A stretch of 64,000 nt of DNA from Bacilli bacterium (GTDB lineage Bacteria; Bacillota_I; Bacilli_A; RF39; UBA660). The stretch spans positions 2,900-66,899 of the forward strand of contig CAAGHO010000055.1 of assembly GCA_900769695.1 (NCBI GenBank). The letters run 5' to 3'. Positions 8,861-16,626 of the stretch are shown here, piece after piece (position 1 is the stretch's first letter; each line of letters opens with the position of its first letter). Position numbers and translations under genes: made by a program. Under the pieces are notes generated by a model that had not been told where the DNA came from, made no database searches, and saw nothing but the letters and a program-made list of their open reading frames with translations.

Positions 8861-9559
8861 ATGTATTTTTTAATTGGAGTAATAATCTTTATTTTATTTA
8901 TAATATTTTGTTACTTATATATTAAATTCAAAATTAAAAATATTCTTGGAAAACATGGATTTAATGGAATGAGTCTAAAAGATATAATTGAGGAAGCTAG
9001 AATTGAAGATCAAGAAGTCCCTAAATCACTTTCTAGTATGGATAGTATTTATTTAGAACAAATAAAGAAAGATTTTATTGATATAAATATAAATGAACTA
9101 AAAAGAGAAGCTGAAAAAGTAATACTTGATAGTTATAAAGCAATTGAGACAAAGGATTCTAGCAAGTTTAGTGGAAAAATAAAAAGTTTTATAGATAAAA
9201 TGATTAGTGATTATAAAGATGAAGAAGTTAGATTCAAAAACTTTAAAATTCACAATACTGTTGTAGCTAGATACAAAAAAGAAGGTGGTGTTGCGACTAT
9301 ATACTTTTCTTCTAGTTATGAATATTTTCTTGAAAGAAATGGTAAAAGTATCAAAACTCAAGATCGTGCACGAACTGAATTTATCTATATTTATGATGAG
9401 AAAAAGCTTAGTAAAGATATTAAGGCTATTGGTTTACATTGTCCAAATTGCGGAAGTCCTATAACTAGCTTAGGTGAAAAAAGTTGTTCATACTGTGGTA
9501 CTGCAGTAAAAGAACTTATTAAAAAAATATTTGTTTGCAATGACATTGTTAGATATTAA
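8861..9559 (+). CDS. membrane-anchored protein with C-terminal zinc-ribbon
   Basis: N-terminal TM MYFLIGVIIFILFIIFCYLYI. C-terminal CPNCGSPITSLGEKSCSYCG. The start at 8861 was chosen for the GAAGGTGA RBS; the track ORF starts at 8813. Confidence 0.6.
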   Translation: MYFLIGVIIFILFIIFCYLYIKFKIKNILGKHGFNGMSLKDIIEEARIEDQEVPKSLSSMDSIYLEQIKKDFIDININELKREAEKVILDSYKAIETKDSSKFSGKIKSFIDKMISDYKDEEVRFKNFKIHNTVVARYKKEGGVATIYFSSSYEYFLERNGKSIKTQDRARTEFIYIYDEKKLSKDIKAIGLHCPNCGSPITSLGEKSCSYCGTAVKELIKKIFVCNDIVRY

Positions 9560-9615
9560 AAATATAAAATAATAGCATAAATATTGTTTGTTTTGAAAGA
9601 TTATTAATAAAGCAT

Positions 9616-9641
9616 TCGAACCATTTTGGTTTGTTTTTTTT
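9616..9641 (+). terminator. intrinsic terminator
   Basis: Arms tcgaacc and ggtttg (with G-U pairs) are followed by T8. Confidence 0.5.
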
Positions 9642-9748
9642 ATTTAAAAGATGACTAAAAATTAGTATTTTTATCAAATAGTATTAATTTAATAATTTAC
9701 ATAATATTCAATGTATGCTATAATTTAAAACTTGAAAGGAATGGTTTT

Positions 9749-10081
9749 ATGACACATGAATTACCAGAATATAGCAATAACAAAAAAAACATAGAATGTA
9801 CCTTTGATAAAAACCTTATAATAAAATTAGTATCAATGATATTGACTAATACTCCTGAGTATATAACTAACAAGTTTTCTAATAAAAAACAATCACAAAA
9901 AATATTGTGTATAACTGAAGAAATTATTCAGATACAAAGCAATAATCCTATAATGATTTCAAGAAATAAACAAACAAAAAGAATTGAACAAGCAAAAGCT
10001 TTTGCTTCATATTACGAACAAGCAAAAATTAATATTAATAAAAAAGCAAAAAAAAGTCCAGTTCAAAGGGTAAAAAAGTAA
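9749..10081 (+). CDS. hypothetical basic protein
   Basis: 110-aa ORF preceded by the extended -10 TGCTATAAT and a GAAAGGAATGG RBS. No family recognised. Confidence 0.45.
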   Translation: MTHELPEYSNNKKNIECTFDKNLIIKLVSMILTNTPEYITNKFSNKKQSQKILCITEEIIQIQSNNPIMISRNKQTKRIEQAKAFASYYEQAKININKKAKKSPVQRVKK

Positions 10082-10202
10082 TATCATGTTACTTATGTAA
10101 TTGTTATCATTCTTAAATGAATTCAATAAATAGAATTCAAACTATATATAAAAGAATAGATAATTCGTTTACTTTATTCAGCAAGTTTTATTTATAATTA
10201 TT

Positions 10203-10236
10203 ATAAAAAGAAGCAGTTTTTTAAATCTGCTTCTTT
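10203..10236 (-). terminator. intrinsic terminator closing the fibre gene cluster
   Basis: Arms aagaagcag (10208-10216) and ctgcttctt (10227-10235) are followed on the minus strand by TTTTTAT. The hairpin overlaps the stop codon. Confidence 0.6.
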
Positions 10237-10783
10237 ATTGATTTTCTTCAAGTATTATTTGACCATCTATAATAGGTATATTAGGGAAACTTGCATCCAT
10301 TAACGTGAAGTTTCTAACTGGTGCTGGTGGATTTGTTATTTGAACTGTTTCAGATGATTGAGTCATAACAATTGATTTAACAGTATCATCAAACGTATGA
10401 CCTCCATCACCTGATATTTGTTTATAATATATTGCTGTACTATTAGATTCTGCAAATGGGACATTATTAAATACGGCATTTCCATCATCATTTGTTGTTA
10501 TTTCATTTCCAACGATTGTTCCTGTACTATCTGTTCTTATAAACTTAGCACCAATAATTTGTACCCCAGTATCAGGATTTCCCGTATCTGTAACATGAAG
10601 TGTTAAAGTCCCTGTTGCACTTATTGTAAATGCATATGTAGTTGTTCCATCAATAATATTTACACTTTTAGGATCAAGAGTTGATGCATCATATCCACCG
10701 GCTACAGCTTGAGCTTTATATGTTCCTGTAACAAGTTCAATACTTCCTTTACCATTTGTTATTGGGATTGTATGTCTTGCCAT
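10235..10783 (-). CDS. small beta-sandwich (prealbumin/CnaB-like) protein, no signal peptide
   Basis: 182 aa. TLTLHVTDTGNPDTGVQIIGAKFIRTDSTGTIVGNEITTNDDGNAVFNNVPF fits the carboxypeptidase-regulatory/CnaB-like strand pattern. The C-terminal tail FTLMDASFPNIPIIDGQIIL is shared with the upstream ORF. Confidence 0.55.
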   Translation of the reverse strand: MARHTIPITNGKGSIELVTGTYKAQAVAGGYDASTLDPKSVNIIDGTTTYAFTISATGTLTLHVTDTGNPDTGVQIIGAKFIRTDSTGTIVGNEITTNDDGNAVFNNVPFAESNSTAIYYKQISGDGGHTFDDTVKSIVMTQSSETVQITNPPAPVRNFTLMDASFPNIPIIDGQIILEENQ

Positions 10784-11109
10784 AATATCATCTTTCCTCC
10801 TTCTATTTTTATATTTGGATAATATTTATCCGTCAATAAAACTGTAACAAGATGGTCCTTTCTTTTATAATTTCCAACGTTTATAAAATAAAACTTATTC
10901 TTTCTTGCAATTAAAGGTATTTTCATAATTGATAAACTGGAATATACAATTAATTTATATACTTCATTATTACATATTGGTATCTTAACTCTTCCAAAAT
11001 TATCCGTAACACCTTCAAAAACGTTCTTATTACATTTATCTTTTAGCTTTACTCTTAAATTACTGTTTTCATTACTACAAATTTTAATATAAATATAATC
11101 ACTTGTCAT
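10759..11109 (-). CDS. small beta-sandwich protein, no signal peptide
   Basis: 116 aa. RVKLKDKCNKNVFEGVTDNFGRVKIPICNNEVYKLIVYS shows a prealbumin-like pattern. The C-terminal tail VLLTDKYYPNIKIEGGKMILW matches the downstream ORF, which it overlaps by 25 nt. Confidence 0.5.
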   Translation of the reverse strand: MTSDYIYIKICSNENSNLRVKLKDKCNKNVFEGVTDNFGRVKIPICNNEVYKLIVYSSLSIMKIPLIARKNKFYFINVGNYKRKDHLVTVLLTDKYYPNIKIEGGKMILWQDIQSQ

Positions 11110-11163
11110 AATTCACCTCATTACAATATATTGTATGAATCAAATTTCTTTTTTGTAAAGGCA

Positions 11164-13020
11164 TTATGCCTCAATACTCCAAACTATTAATGTGGAATAA
11201 TCTTCATCTTCCAATAAATTCTTACTAGGTTTTAAAAACAATCCTTTATCAGTAGAAAATGTAATATTACTAATATTTACACTTCCACCATTATCATTTG
11301 ATTCATATATTAACTTTTTTTGTGTCTTCAAAATAATTTTCTCATTATCAAATTTCTTAAAAAATAGTGAGTCTATTAAAACTTTACCAGTTGCTTCTAT
11401 CATTGGATTTATAAAATTTATATACAATCTCCAATTAGTACTATTTACTCTACTATCAACAACAGTTACCACTGTTTCATTTTTTTTAGATAAAATAGTT
11501 GGATTAGTAGAAGATGGAATCATACTAAACGGAATATTTTCTGTTACTTTTAAAAGAGTTAACTCTCCCATAAATGGAGTAGTTACTTTTCTTTCACTAA
11601 AACAGCAGTTTAAACAAGAAATAATTTTAATTCTTGTATCATCTGTAATAATAGAGTCAATATTTACTTCGAAAAGACCATTTTCATCTGCTGTTGCTGT
11701 TAAACTTTTATTATTGTATTCTATTTTGACATTTGCGTAAGGTATAGTATGTCCTGAAATTGCATTTATAGAATCTATAATTGGATGAACGTTTATCTTA
11801 AGCATTCCAATAGTTAATATTTTTATATTTTGTAGTGTAAAATTATTTATATCAGGCAGTGAAGCTAATTCGGTATCTGTAAAATTATGTGATGTAACTG
11901 TAGTACTATCTTTATTTAAGATACCTGTTATTTTAACTGGTGTATCTTCTTTATACCAGCAAAATGCTGGCGTATCATCAATATTACAAGCTGAGGTATA
12001 ATCAAGGGCATATAACCACAAATTAATTCTACTAAAATTAAACATAAAATCAACTGGATTATTAGTATAGACTACATTAGCATTTTTAGTGTAAATATTC
12101 ATATATTTTGGATTATCCAGTATAAACTTTTGATTTGTACCCTTAAAATAAATATTATAATTATCAGTAGGTGTTTTCATATACGTATTTATTACTGATA
12201 TACTTGCTCCTTCTTTAACCGTAAAATCTCCAAATACATTCCACATAGGAACTCTTTGGTGACTTTTTTCTATAAATGTAAATTTAGCCATTTCTTCTAT
12301 TAAAACATTTCTAGCACCATGTGTTGTTGTTATTGCAAAACCATTTCCTGTCGTTAAAAGAAATTCTGATCCATGCCCTACTATTAAGTCTAACCTATTA
12401 GTTCCATTCATAAGTTCTTTATTAGTTGTAATACTTACATTACTATTAGGAACTATTTTAATATAAGATGGTATAACATCATTAAAAAAGAAAACTGTGT
12501 TTGTATTGGAACTGCTTGTGATTGTTGTATTTCCTCCAATTATAATCCTATTAGAGTCACAAACTCTTTGAGTAGAAACATTATTTGTGTCTTTTGCCTC
12601 TATAAGAGAATCAACGATTTTAGTTGTTCCATAATAATTACATGATAGTTCTACTCCACTAAAATTTATATTATTATATTCTACTACCACATTAGAATAA
12701 TTGGGATGAGAAGGAACATAAATAACTCCATGACCATGTGAAGATATTATATTCATATTTTTTAATATAATTTTTTTATTAGTTGTACTTACCTTTATAA
12801 CATTTGCTTCTGAACTCAAGTTATTTGTATAAGTATGTTTAGTATTGTTGTAAGTTCCATCAATAATAACTTTACTTTTATTACTATTTATAACAAAACC
12901 ACTTGTCATTGTAATGTCATTTCCTAAATAAATATAACTATAATTATTTTCTTCGCTCAATATTTGTTCTAATTCCTCACTATTATTTATTACAATAGTA
13001 TTATCATTTATTATTTGCAT
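11164..13020 (-). CDS. large beta-helix (pectate-lyase-like adhesive) / Ig-like / WxL-domain protein lacking a signal peptide
   Basis: 618 aa. The N-terminal ~400 aa are N/I/V/T-rich short beta-rungs beginning VINNSEELEQIL...IYLGNDITM. An Ig-like segment follows (GHTIPYANVKIEYNNKSLTATADENGLFEVNI). The C-terminal ~140 aa have the WxL layout (LTLLKVTENIPF...VVDSRVNSTNWRLYI...YSTLIVWSIEA). No upstream start or leader. Confidence 0.6.
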   Translation of the reverse strand: MQIINDNTIVINNSEELEQILSEENNYSYIYLGNDITMTSGFVINSNKSKVIIDGTYNNTKHTYTNNLSSEANVIKVSTTNKKIILKNMNIISSHGHGVIYVPSHPNYSNVVVEYNNINFSGVELSCNYYGTTKIVDSLIEAKDTNNVSTQRVCDSNRIIIGGNTTITSSSNTNTVFFFNDVIPSYIKIVPNSNVSITTNKELMNGTNRLDLIVGHGSEFLLTTGNGFAITTTHGARNVLIEEMAKFTFIEKSHQRVPMWNVFGDFTVKEGASISVINTYMKTPTDNYNIYFKGTNQKFILDNPKYMNIYTKNANVVYTNNPVDFMFNFSRINLWLYALDYTSACNIDDTPAFCWYKEDTPVKITGILNKDSTTVTSHNFTDTELASLPDINNFTLQNIKILTIGMLKINVHPIIDSINAISGHTIPYANVKIEYNNKSLTATADENGLFEVNIDSIITDDTRIKIISCLNCCFSERKVTTPFMGELTLLKVTENIPFSMIPSSTNPTILSKKNETVVTVVDSRVNSTNWRLYINFINPMIEATGKVLIDSLFFKKFDNEKIILKTQKKLIYESNDNGGSVNISNITFSTDKGLFLKPSKNLLEDEDYSTLIVWSIEA

Positions 13021-13083
13021 ATTATCACTTTCCTTTGTTATATCTTATGGCTTCAATCAATTTTGAAATAATTAATTCATAAC

Positions 13084-13109
13084 AAAAAAAGAGTGAGATT
13101 TCCACTCCT
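13084..13109 (-). terminator. weak intrinsic terminator after the collagen-like gene
   Basis: Minus strand reads GAGTG-gaaatct-CACTC followed by T7. Confidence 0.4.
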
Positions 13110-14252
13110 TTAATGTATTTTAGTTACACTTAGAACTGCATTAGTACTTCCATTAAATATTAGACTAACTGCCATAGATGCCTTTACATTTAATGTAACG
13201 AGATCATCTTTACTAAGAGATACAATAGTTGAACCACTTATGCAGTTAATTATTTGTGCTTGAAACTCACTAGTTGCATTCGTAGCTGGTTGTAGTATAT
13301 CATTTGCCCTTACAGACATAGTTAATGAACAATCTTCATTTGTTGCACCACATAATGAATATGATACTAGGTAAGTTCCATTTTCTTTTATTCTTATTGA
13401 ATTACCATCTGGATAATCTGTAAGAAAAGCTGTCCCTTTTTCAGGTAGTGGTATTATTGTATCAGTCCCTTGCGATAATGTTAGTTGTGTAGTAACCATT
13501 GAATATCTAATCCCATAAGCAGATACAAACTCTGTTCCTGGAGGACCTGCTGGTCCTTGTTGTCCTCTTTCTCCAACGTCGCCTTTTTCTCCTTTTGGAA
13601 TTAAAAACGCTAAATGATGTACCCAATTTTCAAATGTATCCATGACTTGAGCAGGCTCCCCTGGTTCTAAAGTTTCAGTTTCATCTATAGCAATGTGTTC
13701 TGTCCTTCCTATTTCTCCTGGTAATCCCCTTGGTCCAATATCTCCTTGGTCTCCTTTTTCGCCTTTTGGTATTTTAAAATCTAAAACTACATCTACTGGT
13801 GTACCAACATTTATAACTTCTGCTTCTTCATTAGATTCTATTGTTTCAATATTTCCAATTTGAATAGTTGATGGTCCTTGATCTCCTTTTTCACCTTTTA
13901 TTCCTTGTGGACCAATATCACCTTTTTCACCTTTAGGACCAGGAATACCTTGTGGACCAATTTTACCATCGATTCCTTGTTCTCCCCTTGGTATTTTGAA
14001 ATTCAAAATAACATCCTCTTTTGTTCCAACATTTTCTACTTTAGCATCTTCAGAAGATTCCACAGTTTCTGTAATTCCGACATCAATACTTGCAGGTCCA
14101 GGAATACCTCTATCTCCCTTTTCTCCTTGTGAACCAACATCTCCTTTTTCACCTTTTGGTCCCGTTGGACCTTTTACATAATAAAACTTACATTTTCTTC
14201 TATATTCTTCTTGTTTTTTTCTTATTTGTTCCCAATCATTACAATTATTCAT
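13110..14252 (-). CDS. collagen-like triple-helix repeat protein with C1q/TNF-like (BclA C-terminal-like) head
   Basis: 380 aa. Four GXY runs (GPTGPKGEKGDVGSQGEKGDRGIPGP etc.) alternate with three ~40-aa modules ending (F/L)xIPxGExG. The C-terminal ~140-aa beta-rich domain (ENGTYLVSYSL...VRANDIL...DLVTLNV...AVLSVTKIH) resembles the BclA/C1q jelly-roll. Strong RBS AGAGGAGGA. No signal peptide. Confidence 0.8.
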   Translation of the reverse strand: MNNCNDWEQIRKKQEEYRRKCKFYYVKGPTGPKGEKGDVGSQGEKGDRGIPGPASIDVGITETVESSEDAKVENVGTKEDVILNFKIPRGEQGIDGKIGPQGIPGPKGEKGDIGPQGIKGEKGDQGPSTIQIGNIETIESNEEAEVINVGTPVDVVLDFKIPKGEKGDQGDIGPRGLPGEIGRTEHIAIDETETLEPGEPAQVMDTFENWVHHLAFLIPKGEKGDVGERGQQGPAGPPGTEFVSAYGIRYSMVTTQLTLSQGTDTIIPLPEKGTAFLTDYPDGNSIRIKENGTYLVSYSLCGATNEDCSLTMSVRANDILQPATNATSEFQAQIINCISGSTIVSLSKDDLVTLNVKASMAVSLIFNGSTNAVLSVTKIH

Positions 14253-14307
14253 TATACATCCTCCTCTAATTTTTAGAATTAATTCTCATATTTCAATTCT
14301 TCTATGT

Positions 14308-14334
14308 TAATTTATGAAAATATTTTTGAAATGT
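14308..14334 (-). promoter_or_regulatory. sigma-K-type promoter match upstream of the collagen-like gene
   Basis: Minus strand reads AC (14334-14333), 16 nt, CATAAATTA (14316-14308). This equals the B. subtilis sigma-K consensus AC-N16/17-CATAnnnTA. It lies ~55 nt upstream of the ATG. Confidence 0.3.
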
Positions 14335-14462
14335 ATAATTAATATATAATAAGATATTTATACTAAAAAAGGTTATTATTCTTAAATCTATTTAAGATTA
14401 TTTCTATGGTGTATATATGACTTATATAGTTTTTTATTCGAATAATAATATTTTTGGAATTT

Positions 14463-14961
14463 CTAAAGAACTTGCTGAATTACTCTTAATAAATAGCATA
14501 TACATCTTTCTGCATTATAACAAAAGATATTTTGTCCTTGTGGACTTTTAATAGTCATTTTTCCTATTTCAAATATTTCATCATTTAATGCAAAACCTTG
14601 AACCATATAATCTTTAATTATTTTATTTGCCCAAGTTCTAAATTTAATTGCTTTTTTAGAGTTAACCCTAAAACCTATTGAAATGATCATATCAAGATTA
14701 TAATATTTTGTGTTATAAACTTGTTTGCCGTCATTACCCATATGTGCAATTTTTGCACACGTGCTATTTCCATCCAACTCTTCATCTTTATAAATGTTGT
14801 TAATATGTCTTACAATTCCACTTCTATCAATATTAAAAAGCGCTGCTAATGCTTCAGTATTTAACCAAACATCTTCATTTTCTAATAGCACTTCTACTTT
14901 TGTATTTCCTTCAGTATCATTATAAAATATTTTTCTCATTTCCAATTAATTTATTATCCAT
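14463..14961 (-). pseudogene. RhuM-family virulence protein remnant (frameshifted N-terminus, truncated C-terminus)
   Basis: NDTEGNTKVEVLLENEDVWLNTEALAALFNIDRSGIVRHINNIY...YNLDMIISIGFRVNSKKAIKFRTWANKIIKDYMVQGF matches RhuM N-terminal halves. A strong GGAGG RBS serves the ATG at 14961 (MDNKLIGNEK), which is out of frame by one nt at an A5 run. Similarity ends near aa 125 of an expected ~300 or more. Confidence 0.7.
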
Positions 14962-15104
14962 GTTCTATCCTCCTTTTCAAAATATTTTTAGTTAATTTAT
15001 AATAGACATTATACTATTTTTTATATTATATAACAATCAATTTGCTCGAATTCGACCAAATTAAATCTTATTAAAAAGGACACAATATTAATTGCCTCCT
15101 CTTA

Positions 15105-16373
15105 CTATTTTAATATATTTATTATGTTATCTATGTTAACAATTTCTTTTTTATTTGTTTTTGTATCTTCTACTTCATAATTAGTTCCATCAAATTTTGT
15201 ACCTAATATAATCATTTTTGGTGTTCCTAAAACATAAACATCATTTATTCTATTTCCAATATTTAAATTTTCTCTATCATCAATTATTGCATTAATATTA
15301 TTTTGTAGTAAATAATTATACAATTTTTCCACTTCTTCTTTATTATTTTCATTGTATATTATTTGTACTTTATAAGATGCTATATCATATGGTAAAGCAA
15401 AACCTTTGATTTTATTATTTTCTTTAATAACATTATTTTCTATTAAACAAGCAATTATTCTTCCTAAACCAATTCCATAACATCCCATATAATATGGTTT
15501 TTTCTCATTATTTTCATCCATATAGAAAAATCCCATACTATCAGAATATTTTGTTCCAAGTTGGAAATTATTTCCTAATTCAACAGTACTATATTCTTTT
15601 AAACCAGCAATATTACTTACTCCTAATTGTTTAAGATATTCATCCTTATTTTCAAATTCTAAAACTTCTTTATTAATACCGATATTTTTTTCTTCATCAT
15701 AAAGAGTTTTGTCTTCTCCTAAATTTGTAATTGCTTGAAATTCTTCTGCAACTTTTCCACCTATAACACCATTATCACTAACGGTTGGTATAATTTTGAT
15801 GCCTAATCTTTTAAATATATTTAAATATACCTGATGCATTAGTTCATATGTCTTTTGCATATCTTCTTCAGTTTTATCAAATGAATAAGCATCCATCATA
15901 ACAAAAGTTCTTGGTCTAAATAAATAACCTCTAGTTCTGATTTCTTTTCTAAATTTTTCACCTATTTGATAATAAATAGCTGGTAAATTTTTATATGAAG
16001 ATAATCTATTGGCACCAAATAAAGTAGCACATTCTTCTGCAGTTGGAGCAAGTCCATATTCACCTAAATTGTTTTTTATTGTAAACATTATATCTCCATC
16101 TTTTGTATAGGTATTCCATCTGCCTGATTGTTCCCATATTTTTCTTGGTTGAAGTTTTGGAAATTCTACTTGAATACATCCTGCCTTATCTAATTCCTCA
16201 ATGATGACATTTTCAACTTTTCTTTCTAATTTTGTCCATAAATTACCATAACCATAAATACCACTTTCAAATTGATATAATTCTCCTAATTTCATCAAAA
16301 TATCTTGGCCAAAGTAATCACTATCAATATCATTTAGATTAATCTTTTTAATATTTAATCTACTTAATCTCAT
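15105..16373 (-). CDS. proS: proline--tRNA ligase, bacterial-type but lacking the INS editing domain
   Basis: SGIYGYGNLW...LQPRKIWEQSGRWNTY, YQIGEKFRKEIRTRGYLFRPRTFVMMDAYSF (motif 2) and GCYGIGLGRIIA (motif 3). Only ~130 aa separate motifs 2 and 3, for 422 aa in total. The start at 16373 follows the T-box terminator; the track start at 16424 lies inside it. Confidence 0.85.
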   Translation of the reverse strand: MRLSRLNIKKINLNDIDSDYFGQDILMKLGELYQFESGIYGYGNLWTKLERKVENVIIEELDKAGCIQVEFPKLQPRKIWEQSGRWNTYTKDGDIMFTIKNNLGEYGLAPTAEECATLFGANRLSSYKNLPAIYYQIGEKFRKEIRTRGYLFRPRTFVMMDAYSFDKTEEDMQKTYELMHQVYLNIFKRLGIKIIPTVSDNGVIGGKVAEEFQAITNLGEDKTLYDEEKNIGINKEVLEFENKDEYLKQLGVSNIAGLKEYSTVELGNNFQLGTKYSDSMGFFYMDENNEKKPYYMGCYGIGLGRIIACLIENNVIKENNKIKGFALPYDIASYKVQIIYNENNKEEVEKLYNYLLQNNINAIIDDRENLNIGNRINDVYVLGTPKMIILGTKFDGTNYEVEDTKTNKKEIVNIDNIINILK

Positions 16374-16590
16374 TTTATTCACCCTTTCTTTAAAACAAAA
16401 AAAGGATAGCATATAAGGAGTCATTAAGACGGTGCCATCCTTTTATTTTACTTAATTTTGATAACGGCTATTTACCGGAAATGTTTTCATTTCACTCTGA
16501 AGATAGGAATTAAATAGTATCATAACTTGTTCACACTATACCAAGCCCACTTTTATGCTTAACTAATTAATATTTCTTCGTCACTGATTT
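16374..16590 (-). promoter_or_regulatory. T-box riboswitch leader, putative proline (CCU) specifier
   Basis: Stem I base GAAG/CTTC with AGUGA...AGAGUGA K-turn-like elements. Specifier-loop 3' side is UUCCUAU, with CCU (16507-16505) followed by a purine. T-box sequence AAAAGGAUGGCACCGUC (around 16440-16428). Terminator AAGGAUGGCA/UGCUAUCCUU plus U7 (16443-16395). Confidence 0.8.
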
Positions 16591-16597
16591 GCAACAT

Positions 16598-16626
16598 ATT
16601 ATATCATAAATTTTAATTGCCCGCAA
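16598..16626 (-). promoter_or_regulatory. sigma-A promoter of the proS T-box leader
   Basis: Minus strand reads TTGCGG (16626-16621), 17 nt, then the extended -10 TGATATAAT (TATAAT at 16603-16598). Confidence 0.6.

Noticed and set aside
10755-10790. Programmed -1 ribosomal frameshift joining the 116-aa and 182-aa ORFs
   Set aside because: There is no X XXY YYZ slippery heptamer or obvious downstream stimulatory structure at the overlap (…AAG ATG ATA TTA TGG…). The downstream ORF has its own ATG and a GGAGG upstream. I kept it only as one of two interpretations in the findings.
13878-14181. Two plus-strand ORFs (13878..14132, 13996..14181) opposite the collagen-like gene
   Set aside because: These are antisense reading frames kept open by the periodic GXY codon repeats. 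They have no RBS and low-complexity F/S/T products.
10235-14961. Intact prophage
   Set aside because: Only fibre-like genes and a RhuM remnant are present. There is no integrase, terminase, portal, capsid, tape-measure, baseplate, holin or endolysin in or near the cluster. A prophage remnant remains the alternative hypothesis rather than the call.
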